Made by a program: the position numbers and the translations under genes
Assembly (NCBI GenBank): GCA_965369865.1
Contig: CBDURU010000025.1
Location: 1 to 35,309, forward strand
DNA length: 35,309 nt
Reading direction: 5' to 3'
Source: an uncultured bacterium
Lineage (GTDB): Bacteria > JAJVIF01 > JAPKYR01
Part shown: positions 8,996-16,939 of the stretch, piece by piece
How the letters are laid out: each line of letters begins with the position of its first letter
Numbering within the stretch: position 1 is the stretch's first letter
The notes under the pieces: model-generated
Told to the model about the DNA's origin: nothing
Databases searched by the model: none
What the model saw: only the letters and a program-made list of their open reading frames with translations

Positions 8996-9079
8996 GGGGA
9001 CTGGCAAACGATTTTACCGCTAATACACTAGTTCCAATCCTTTCATCGAGTACCGCGGTAAAATCGGGTGCCTGTACCC
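8996..9079. repeat. REPIN-like element C (divergent family member)
   Basis: GGGGACTGGCAAACGATTTTACCGC-N34-GCGGTAAAATCGGGTGCCTGTACCC. Confidence 0.7.
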
Positions 9080-9100
9080 GGTCTGGAATCTTCTCTAAAC

Positions 9101-11131
9101 CTACTTCTTCCTTTTCCTTGGCTGTAAATATTTATCGAACCACCTTACAATATGATTCAACCGCTCGATTCTCCTGTCCGTTCTGCCCCCACGTGAAAGT
9201 CCATGCGGTTCGTTCGGAAACCGTACAAATTCCGAATCGACTCCAAGGGTCTGAAGCGCCACAAACACCTGCTCACTCTGTTCAATCTGGCACCTCAAAT
9301 CCATCTCGCTGTGAATTACAAGTGTCGGGGTTTTGACGTTACCGATATATTTCATCGGCGACTGCTTCCAGAAATTCGCGACATTCTCCCACGGCGGTTT
9401 GTTGCCAAACGGCTCCTGGAATATCCAGTTAAAGTCACTCGATCCCCACATTGAAACAAGATTGCTGACCGACCTCTGCGTTACCGCCGCCGTAAACCTG
9501 TGCGTGTGCCCGATAATCCAGTTCGTCATGTAACCGCCGTAGCTCCCTCCGGTTACTCCAAGCCTGTCCTTGTCGACATACGGTTTCCGGACCACGCGAT
9601 CGGTGAATTTCATCAGGTCCTCGTAATCCTTCGTGCCCCACCTGTTGTGGATTGCTTTCGAGTGCTTTTCACCGTAGCCCTGCCCGCCCCTCGGATTGCA
9701 ATAGAAAACCACGTATCCCTGTGCCGCGAGATAGTAGAACTCGTGCATGAACAGGTTGCCGTACATCACCAGCGGACCGCCGTGGATTTCAAGTATCGCC
9801 GGGTATTTCCTTTTCGGACTGAATCCCGGGGGTTTTAGAATCCAACCCTGGAGCTGGTTGCCATCGGAGCCCTTGAACCAGATTTCCTCAATTTCTCCAA
9901 GGTTTATTTTATTGAGAAGTTTCCGATTATTTTTCGTGAGTTGTTTATCGATGCCCTTTTTCATATCCCTCGCAAAAATCTGCCCTGGGTCGGTCATGTT
10001 TCCATGGAAATAAACCATCTTTTCCTGCTTGTCATCGAAACAGAATTTCCCAACCGCGCCCTCGATATTGATTACATCTTCTACTTCAAGCGTATCGATA
10101 TCGATTTTCCTGAGTATCGTGCTGCCATGGCGTGACATCTGGAAATAGATGTACTGCCCGCAGTTCGACCAAGTCGGGCGTGTCATGCCCAATGCACCGA
10201 TAATGTCGTTGATGCAGGTCATATTCACGTCCCAGTCGAATTTTTCGGTCAGGCAGATTGGTTTGCTTTTACCATTTACTGGTGCGATCCAGAGCCGGGT
10301 ATTTTTCCACCAGTCGCCTTCACCCTCGTTTCCAAGGAAAGCGACCCATTTCCCGTCGGGCGAGAACGAAACCAGGCGAGTTTCACCCTTATCGAAAGTT
10401 GGGAGTTCCTTAAACCTGCCGCCTTTTGATGGCATCAGGTACAGGTGATCTTCATAGATGTTCAGGTCGGGTTTTGGATTGCGATTTGATGTAAAAAGAA
10501 TCTGCTTTCCATCCGGGGAGAAAACAGGATCGTATTCATCGAACACTTTATGGTCGGTAAGCTGTACAGCCTTTCCATTTTTTGCGTTGATCGTCCAGAT
10601 ATGGATGCGTTCCTTCGGGTTGAATCCCGCGCCATCCATCTTATAAAAAGGACGATCATAGTGCCGCGCGACCACACCAAGTTTCTTTTTCCCCTCATCT
10701 TTCTCCATCTCCACTATTTCCTTGTCTTTTTTTCTGAACATCAGGACAAGGGAGTTTCCATCGGGAGACCATTTGAAAGTCATCGGTGAACCTTTCAGGT
10801 CGGTAAGTTTCCTGCCCTCTCCGCCCCCGAACGGGATCATGAAAATCTGAGCCTGGGTTTCGGAATTTCGATTCGAAATAAACGCGATCTGTTTCCCATC
10901 CGGAGACCATCGCGGATGGGCATCCACATGATCGCCGTATGTGAATTGCCGTGGAGCACCCCCGGATGTTGGTACTATCCAGATATTGGAAAATTTCTTT
11001 TCGGATTTTTTTTCAACCCTCTGGTGGGTGTAAGCGACAGTTTTCCCGTCGGGTGAAATTTCAATATCGGTGATAAGGTCGAGATTATAGAGGTCTTCTG
11101 CGGTGATTAATTTCTTTTTGGGTTTCGGCAT
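9101..11131 (-). CDS. S9 family peptidase (acylaminoacyl/dipeptidyl peptidase-like) with N-terminal PD40 beta-propeller
   Basis: WSPDG repeats; IHGGP, NPRG, GGSYGG nucleophile, DLRC, EPHG catalytic motifs. Confidence 0.95.
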   Translation of the reverse strand: MPKPKKKLITAEDLYNLDLITDIEISPDGKTVAYTHQRVEKKSEKKFSNIWIVPTSGGAPRQFTYGDHVDAHPRWSPDGKQIAFISNRNSETQAQIFMIPFGGGEGRKLTDLKGSPMTFKWSPDGNSLVLMFRKKDKEIVEMEKDEGKKKLGVVARHYDRPFYKMDGAGFNPKERIHIWTINAKNGKAVQLTDHKVFDEYDPVFSPDGKQILFTSNRNPKPDLNIYEDHLYLMPSKGGRFKELPTFDKGETRLVSFSPDGKWVAFLGNEGEGDWWKNTRLWIAPVNGKSKPICLTEKFDWDVNMTCINDIIGALGMTRPTWSNCGQYIYFQMSRHGSTILRKIDIDTLEVEDVINIEGAVGKFCFDDKQEKMVYFHGNMTDPGQIFARDMKKGIDKQLTKNNRKLLNKINLGEIEEIWFKGSDGNQLQGWILKPPGFSPKRKYPAILEIHGGPLVMYGNLFMHEFYYLAAQGYVVFYCNPRGGQGYGEKHSKAIHNRWGTKDYEDLMKFTDRVVRKPYVDKDRLGVTGGSYGGYMTNWIIGHTHRFTAAVTQRSVSNLVSMWGSSDFNWIFQEPFGNKPPWENVANFWKQSPMKYIGNVKTPTLVIHSEMDLRCQIEQSEQVFVALQTLGVDSEFVRFPNEPHGLSRGGRTDRRIERLNHIVRWFDKYLQPRKRKK

Positions 11132-11185
11132 TTCTGCACCTTGTTTCTTTGAGATGGGTTGTACATTGTACAGATAAAGTTGAAT

Positions 11186-11746
11186 TTAGTATTTATAACC
11201 CTCCACTTCTTCCGCTGAAAATTCGACGCCGAGGCCGAAGACGATACAATTTACAAAATTAAAGTACGCTGTGATCATGTTGATGTGGAGAATGTCCTCA
11301 TCGCCGAATCCCGCGTCCCTGAGTGTTTCAATATCGCGTTCCCTGATTTCGGATGCTGACCTCGTGAGTTTTACCGCATAATCGACAACCCTACGGTCAT
11401 TTTCCGGGAGGTTGAATGTCTGGTAATTTTCGATGAATTCCTTGAGCTTGTCCTTATCTTTCCAGTAGAAATTCAATGCGGCGGCATGATGTTCGATACA
11501 ATATCCGCATGAGTTGGCCAGGGATACCGCTGTCCCGATCAATTCTCTCTCTTCGCGTGAAACATTCCCGCCTTTCCGGAACATTAACGCGAGGTAGAGG
11601 TCGAGATGGGCATTCATCGCGTCCGGGTTAAGGCTCTGGGCCTTCATGATGTTTGAAATTTTACCTCTTGAACCCTTCACTTTAGAGTAGATTTCAAGGA
11701 GTTTACCGTCGGCCTCAGTTTTATCGATTTCCTTAATCCAACTCAT
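11186..11746 (-). CDS. Peroxidase-related / carboxymuconolactone decarboxylase (AhpD-like) protein
   Basis: SREERELIGTAVS..NSCGYCIEHH (CxxC) and AYFNFVN motifs. Confidence 0.88.
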   Translation of the reverse strand: MSWIKEIDKTEADGKLLEIYSKVKGSRGKISNIMKAQSLNPDAMNAHLDLYLALMFRKGGNVSREERELIGTAVSLANSCGYCIEHHAAALNFYWKDKDKLKEFIENYQTFNLPENDRRVVDYAVKLTRSASEIRERDIETLRDAGFGDEDILHINMITAYFNFVNCIVFGLGVEFSAEEVEGYKY

Positions 11747-11851
11747 ATGATCACCGGACGGAGGATACCATTTTTGTTTTCCCGCTGATCGAACATATCG
11801 GGTTCTTTAAATGATATTAATTTATACAAGTTTGGAACGGAGGATCATCTG

Positions 11852-12082
11852 ATGATCGATCGATACACTAAAGCAATTCTTACATTTCTGGCTATTGGAG
11901 TGTGGGCACTGGCCGCGGCGATATTTTTCCAACCGACTCCACTCCAGGCATTCGGGGATGAAAGCGATATCAATATTGCGCGGGTTGGGGGTACATCGGT
12001 ATACGGGGCGCTCCCGGTCGAGATTCATGGAACGGTAACGATTGATTTTGATGAAGAACCGGTTTTTGTGTTGGAGGAATAA
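11852..12082 (+). CDS. Small exported/membrane-anchored hypothetical protein
   Basis: 76 aa; GGAGG RBS; N-terminal hydrophobic helix with AxA-like site. Confidence 0.6.
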   Translation: MIDRYTKAILTFLAIGVWALAAAIFFQPTPLQAFGDESDINIARVGGTSVYGALPVEIHGTVTIDFDEEPVFVLEE

Positions 12083-12134
12083 ACCGGATCACGGACTGAA
12101 AGTCCGTGAGACTGAAGATCATGCACAGGATGTA

Positions 12135-12200
12135 CATGTTACAGATTGCATGTTACAGATTGCATGTTACAGATTTGCATGTTACAGATGTGCATGTTAC
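12135..12200. repeat. Tandem 14-15-bp repeat (CATGTTACAGATTG-like; 4 full copies plus 1 partial)
   Basis: Units at 12135, 12149, 12163, 12178 and 12193; the last overlaps the stop codon of the minus-strand oxidoreductase. Confidence 0.9.
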
Positions 12201-13360
12201 TTCAGGGCTTCGGTTTTGCCGGTGAAATCGCGGTAGAACGAGAGCATTTTGAAAGATTCCATCGGGAGGTCGGTTTCATCGTGCAGAATGTATTTTACCA
12301 GGTTTAACGCGACTCCCGGACCCATCATAAATCCCTGTCCGCACATCCCCACCGCCAGGTACATGCCCGGTTGCTCTTCGACTTTATCGACAATCGCCAC
12401 CCCGTCGGGGGTCATCGGGTAAAGCCCTCGCCAGACTCGACGGATCAATAGATTTTTAAACCTGGGCACAAGTTCGATCATACGCCTGGCGATAATCGGC
12501 ATGAATTCGCTGGTCTCGTCACGGTCGTCACCGACGAAAAGCGACGATGGTGTGTAGCAGAAAATAATTTGCCCGGTCGATCCCTGCCCGAAATAGAAAT
12601 TCGCGGTTTTTCCGTCGGCACCGGGACGGATATCCACGACAAGCGGATCCAGGAACTGTTCCACTGGCGCGGTTATCCCGGCCTCATGGCTGTCGGGAAC
12701 GACCGGAATATCCAGACCCGAAAGTTTTCCGATTTCCTTCGCTTTCGCACCGGACGCATTAACAATTATCGGGGTTGAGTACTCGCCTTTATCTGTACGG
12801 ACCTTCTCAACTTTTCCACCGGGTCCAAGATCGATCCCGATCACCGTTTCATTGAATTTGAAATCGGTTCCTTTATCTTCAGCGGCTCGCTGGCATGACG
12901 CCGCGAAATTTAAAGGCGACACCTGCCCGTCATTTGGCGAGAATGTCCCGCCGCGAAGGCCGTCGGGCGTGATCCCGGGTACTAAGTCCTTTATCCTGTC
13001 CGGTCCGACCCAGTCTATTTCGAGATCGTTTGCTTTCTGGATAGTAAGAAGGTTCTTTAAAATTGTCTCCTCACGTTCACCATAGACCGGAAAACAGTAC
13101 CCGCCTTTTTTCCATTTTATATATTCACCGTAAGTTTCTTCCCAGGTCGAGAAAATTTCGAGCGACTTCAGGCAGATTCCGATTTTCGCAGGATCCGAAT
13201 GAGTCGCACGCACTCCGCCGATCGCGGCCTTGTTCTGACCCTGCCCGCTCGATGGGAGCTTATCGATACAGCAAACCTTCAGGCCCTCTTCGGCAAGGTA
13301 CAGGGCTGTCGGAAGTCCGACACTTCCCGCCCCGATAACTATTGCGTCGTAATTAGTCAT
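12197..13360 (-). CDS. FAD-dependent amino-acid oxidoreductase (DAO family; proline dehydrogenase / sarcosine oxidase beta-like)
   Basis: VIGAGSVG FAD motif, GLYPMTPDG, GMCGQGFMMGP. Confidence 0.88.
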   Translation of the reverse strand: MTNYDAIVIGAGSVGLPTALYLAEEGLKVCCIDKLPSSGQGQNKAAIGGVRATHSDPAKIGICLKSLEIFSTWEETYGEYIKWKKGGYCFPVYGEREETILKNLLTIQKANDLEIDWVGPDRIKDLVPGITPDGLRGGTFSPNDGQVSPLNFAASCQRAAEDKGTDFKFNETVIGIDLGPGGKVEKVRTDKGEYSTPIIVNASGAKAKEIGKLSGLDIPVVPDSHEAGITAPVEQFLDPLVVDIRPGADGKTANFYFGQGSTGQIIFCYTPSSLFVGDDRDETSEFMPIIARRMIELVPRFKNLLIRRVWRGLYPMTPDGVAIVDKVEEQPGMYLAVGMCGQGFMMGPGVALNLVKYILHDETDLPMESFKMLSFYRDFTGKTEALK

Positions 13361-13365
13361 GATTT

Positions 13366-15432
13366 TTATTCAATAAGCCCCGCGAACGATGACAGCGGAA
13401 CTTCTTCTACAAACGGTCGCTCGGTGAAAGCGGTTACTTCACTCAGATCGATACCCTCTTCGCGGAAAACCCTCATGATCAATTCCCTGCAGGTTTTTCC
13501 GCCGCATGCTCCCATACCCGCGCGGATTGTAGCTTTGAGCTGGTTCATGTCCCTGGTGCCGGCGCGAATCTGTTCGATGATTTCCTTCCTGGAAACCTGC
13601 TCGCATCGGCAGATTATTGTATCATCGTCCAGGGGAACCTCCCACATTCGATTTTCTTCAATTTCCGATTGAAGGCGGAATCCGGCGACCAGGTGGCGAT
13701 CGTTGAAAGGAATCTCAAGAAGTACAAGCTGCGTGTTATCATTTTTCGGGCGTTTCTTAATTGCTTTTCCTACACCATTTCCAACCGGATCGGCTTCGAA
13801 ACCCACAGTGATAACCTTCTCACCCGGCTTTACTTTCAAATCGGTGATTTCCCACGGCACAGTCAGAGTTACGGTTTCACCACTGGGATCCGCTCGTTCA
13901 TCCACAAGGACGATCGCGAGTCCCGGACATGCTGCAACGCAGGCCGAGCACCCGAGACATTCACCGATGAAATCGGGCTGCTTGAGAATATTACCTTTAT
14001 CCATGTTGATCTGTTGGATCGGGCAGGCCTCCGTGCATGGATTGCACGGAATTTCTTCAACACATCGTATGACAGGGTAAACGGGACCGTGTTTATCGGG
14101 GATTTTGAATTCGCACACCGGACCCGGCTTCGCTCTCAGGATTTCACTGGTCTCATCCCATTCCTTTGGGATTTCAGCGTCGTTGCCTAAAGCCTGCAAC
14201 ATCCTGCGACCCACAATCTTCCCGGAGAAAATAGCGGCGGATGCTTCGGCGATTTCCTCGGCATCGCCTGCGGCCCACACCTGGATTCCAAAATCCTTCG
14301 CTTTCCGGTAAAGTTCATCCACCGATGAAAGCCCGACCGCTATAAGTACCGTGTCTACATCGAATGTATGTTCTGTGCCCGGAACCGGCTGCCAATTTTT
14401 ATCGATCGCCGCGATCGTGACTTTTTCAACCTTCTCTTCCCCGTCGACCCTTAGAACGGTGTGGCTTGTATAGATCGGAACACCAAGGCGTTTGAGTTTA
14501 TCCTCATGCACCTTATACCCGCCGCATTTCGGAAGAGCTTCCACAAGTCCGACAACTTCGATACCCGCCTGGATAGCGTGATAACCGCCGATCAACCCGA
14601 CATTTCCGCCACCAACGATGAACAATCGTTCTGTCGGACGGACAAGATCGCGGTTCACGAGGGTCTGGAAAGCGCCGGCTCCATAGACTCCCGGGAGGGC
14701 GCATCCCGCGAAGGCGAGATTCTTTTCGCGCGCTCCGGTCGCAACCAGGAGGTGCTCGGGTTCAACCAGGATATATTTTCCATCCCTCACAACACCGACT
14801 TTTTTATCCTTGAAAACCCCGACAGCCGGTGCGTTCAACCAGATTTCAACGGAGTCCTGTTTACCAACCTCTTCCGTGAGAATTTTTCCGATATCGAATC
14901 CGCGGGTACCCGCCCAGCAATCCGCGACCGATCCGAAAAAGCCGTGGGTCTGGAGAGTGAGCTTCCCGCCGAGTTCATGTTTATCATCGATCAGGAGGGT
15001 ATCGACCCCCCTGTGCCCGAGCTCGATTGCCGCTGAGATTCCGGATGGTCCCCCGCCTATTATGAGTACATTGACATGGAGGGTGTCCACTGGATCGAAG
15101 CCCTTGAATTTATCGTCCTTGTGCAAATGCGGCAGTCCTTCAAGGCTCTTCACCCGCATTCCAGGCGTGACCATGACCATGCAGGCTTTAACAGGCGCAT
15201 CGTTCGCGAGCACAAGACATTGCGAACACTGGCCGTTCGCGCAGAAAATTCCCTGTGGAGCATCGTCCTTCTGATGGTGGCCGAATATGTGAATCCCGCA
15301 TGCGAAAAGCGCCGACGAGATTACCTCGCCTTCATAAGCTTTGTAAGGTTCGCCATTGAATGTGAAAAGGATCTCGCGACGTTCCACAACATCGAGTATC
15401 GGGTGGGTTTTTATTCGGTACTTGTCTGTCAC
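13366..15432 (-). CDS. Fused [2Fe-2S]-FAD/NAD oxidoreductase-[4Fe-4S]-BFD-like [2Fe-2S] protein (proline dehydrogenase / sarcosine oxidase alpha-like)
   Basis: CANGQCSQC..KAC; GGGPSG; GGGNVG; CNPCTEACP and CLGCSACVAACP; CRCE...CGGKTC. Confidence 0.88.
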   Translation of the reverse strand: MTDKYRIKTHPILDVVERREILFTFNGEPYKAYEGEVISSALFACGIHIFGHHQKDDAPQGIFCANGQCSQCLVLANDAPVKACMVMVTPGMRVKSLEGLPHLHKDDKFKGFDPVDTLHVNVLIIGGGPSGISAAIELGHRGVDTLLIDDKHELGGKLTLQTHGFFGSVADCWAGTRGFDIGKILTEEVGKQDSVEIWLNAPAVGVFKDKKVGVVRDGKYILVEPEHLLVATGAREKNLAFAGCALPGVYGAGAFQTLVNRDLVRPTERLFIVGGGNVGLIGGYHAIQAGIEVVGLVEALPKCGGYKVHEDKLKRLGVPIYTSHTVLRVDGEEKVEKVTIAAIDKNWQPVPGTEHTFDVDTVLIAVGLSSVDELYRKAKDFGIQVWAAGDAEEIAEASAAIFSGKIVGRRMLQALGNDAEIPKEWDETSEILRAKPGPVCEFKIPDKHGPVYPVIRCVEEIPCNPCTEACPIQQINMDKGNILKQPDFIGECLGCSACVAACPGLAIVLVDERADPSGETVTLTVPWEITDLKVKPGEKVITVGFEADPVGNGVGKAIKKRPKNDNTQLVLLEIPFNDRHLVAGFRLQSEIEENRMWEVPLDDDTIICRCEQVSRKEIIEQIRAGTRDMNQLKATIRAGMGACGGKTCRELIMRVFREEGIDLSEVTAFTERPFVEEVPLSSFAGLIE

Positions 15433-15468
15433 AGTTATTGACCTTTTATCTGAGCAAAGCTATTCATG

Positions 15469-16614
15469 TCATGCGCCTGCGAATTCCTCATGGACCGTGT
15501 GCTTTCCTGACAGGAATCCGTACAGGCCTTTTATTTCAATCGATGTTTCTTCCCACGAGCCGGGGCGGCGTCCTTCGAGCAATCTCACAAGCATCCTCGT
15601 TGATGGTATAAGGACTGTTTCCGCGCCTGTACGATCGCCGGCCTTGAGGAAATCGGTTTCGAGACGTTTGGTTACTGAATCGAACTGATCCCATCCGCCG
15701 AACGTGGACGGGTGACCGCCCTCGATTTCTTTCACCGTTAATCCCGGGATGCTTTTCAATAATTTTCTTACGGAGTCCAATCCGTCATGATCGGTGTACT
15801 TGTCCGGAGGTTGGATCGCGACTGTTTCCTTTGCCGAAAGGAATGTAAGTTTACCACCATATTCGACAAGGAAATCGACAAGCCGCATGACCCTGAAGTC
15901 CCAGTCATCGATGTATCTCGGATATCTGAACCTTAACGTGTAATAGCAGTCATCGCAGGTTGTGACAATTGTTTTAACGCCTCGCGATTTGAACATATCG
16001 CGGTTACGGTTACCCAGGATTTTAAAGGCTTCCATATCGCCCGCATGGAGCCGGTCTCCACCTGTATCTACTTCATCGGAGAGGACGACTGGGCGAATCC
16101 CGACTGAATTCAGGAGATCAATTGCCGCGCGGAATTCCTCCGTTGGTTTTAATCCGATTTCGTCCCCCAGAAGAATGTCCAGGTAGGGAGAATCGCCGAC
16201 AAAGAGCGCAACATCGCCCTTTTCATTTTCACCGGCGACATGAAGCGATTCATCGATCCATTCAAGGCGGTTTTGCCTGGATTCCTGTTTGATCTGGATC
16301 GATACGATAGCGTCCAGGGCGCCTCCAAATGCCATCGGCGCGAACTCTTCCTGTTTTCCAACAGCGGAAATACATGTATCGGCACATTCCGGGAAACTCG
16401 CGTTTGTTGTCGGCGAACATAATTCGCAACCGATACAATGCCGGATAAGTTTCGGGAACCATCCGGTTTTTGCTTCATCGATCAGCCGCGACGGGACAAA
16501 TTCCTCGCGGTATCTTGTGACAGGGCAATTGGAATCGATCGGACGTTCAGTTCCGTCAGCCAGTTCACTGTCACATTTAACGCCTAAAAGGTTATGTTTA
16601 TCCTGGTCAGTCAC
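15469..16614 (-). CDS. Degenerate HdrD/GlpC-like (Fe-S/CCG-domain) protein
   Basis: HdrD-like layout (LFVG, GVKTIVTTCDDC, LLKSIPGL.VKEI, GAETVL), but both CCG motifs are replaced (DTG, TFG). Confidence 0.7.
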   Translation of the reverse strand: MTDQDKHNLLGVKCDSELADGTERPIDSNCPVTRYREEFVPSRLIDEAKTGWFPKLIRHCIGCELCSPTTNASFPECADTCISAVGKQEEFAPMAFGGALDAIVSIQIKQESRQNRLEWIDESLHVAGENEKGDVALFVGDSPYLDILLGDEIGLKPTEEFRAAIDLLNSVGIRPVVLSDEVDTGGDRLHAGDMEAFKILGNRNRDMFKSRGVKTIVTTCDDCYYTLRFRYPRYIDDWDFRVMRLVDFLVEYGGKLTFLSAKETVAIQPPDKYTDHDGLDSVRKLLKSIPGLTVKEIEGGHPSTFGGWDQFDSVTKRLETDFLKAGDRTGAETVLIPSTRMLVRLLEGRRPGSWEETSIEIKGLYGFLSGKHTVHEEFAGA

Positions 16615-16939
16615 TTGTTTTCTCGATAAAAATAATTCTTTCAGTATCTATACCCGCGATCTTCGCAAGGTCGATTGCCTTGTTAAATGCTCTAATAGCT
16701 TCCGTACAACCAAACTTATGTACACATGAATTTTCTCCACAGCTTAAAACAGCGACTTTTTCATAGCCGGATGAGATCCCCTGCAGGATTTCCCCGATTC
16801 CAACACGTCCGGAACATGGCAATTCGATTTTTTTTACGTCACCGCTTCCGAAAATTGCGCGCGCAGTTTCGGTATTCGGGTCCCGACGAGTACAGTAAAA
16901 CAGGAGTCCCTTTCCGTTATCTGACATGGGATTGCTCAT
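16607..16939 (-). CDS. mvhD: MvhD-like [2Fe-2S] hydrogenase iron-sulfur (delta) subunit
   Basis: FYC, LPCSGRV, SCGENSCVH, GIDTERI; ATGA overlap with the upstream gene and GGAGG RBS. Confidence 0.8.
   Translation of the reverse strand: MSNPMSDNGKGLLFYCTRRDPNTETARAIFGSGDVKKIELPCSGRVGIGEILQGISSGYEKVAVLSCGENSCVHKFGCTEAIRAFNKAIDLAKIAGIDTERIIFIEKTSD

Noticed and set aside
8677..9336. Short ORFs 8677-8940, 8739-8975 and 8989-9336
   Set aside because: They run through REPIN-like repeats or are antisense to real genes, with no protein-like features.
16607..16939. Selenocysteine-containing MvhD (BamF-like)
   Set aside because: No in-frame TGA at the N-terminal Cys motif.
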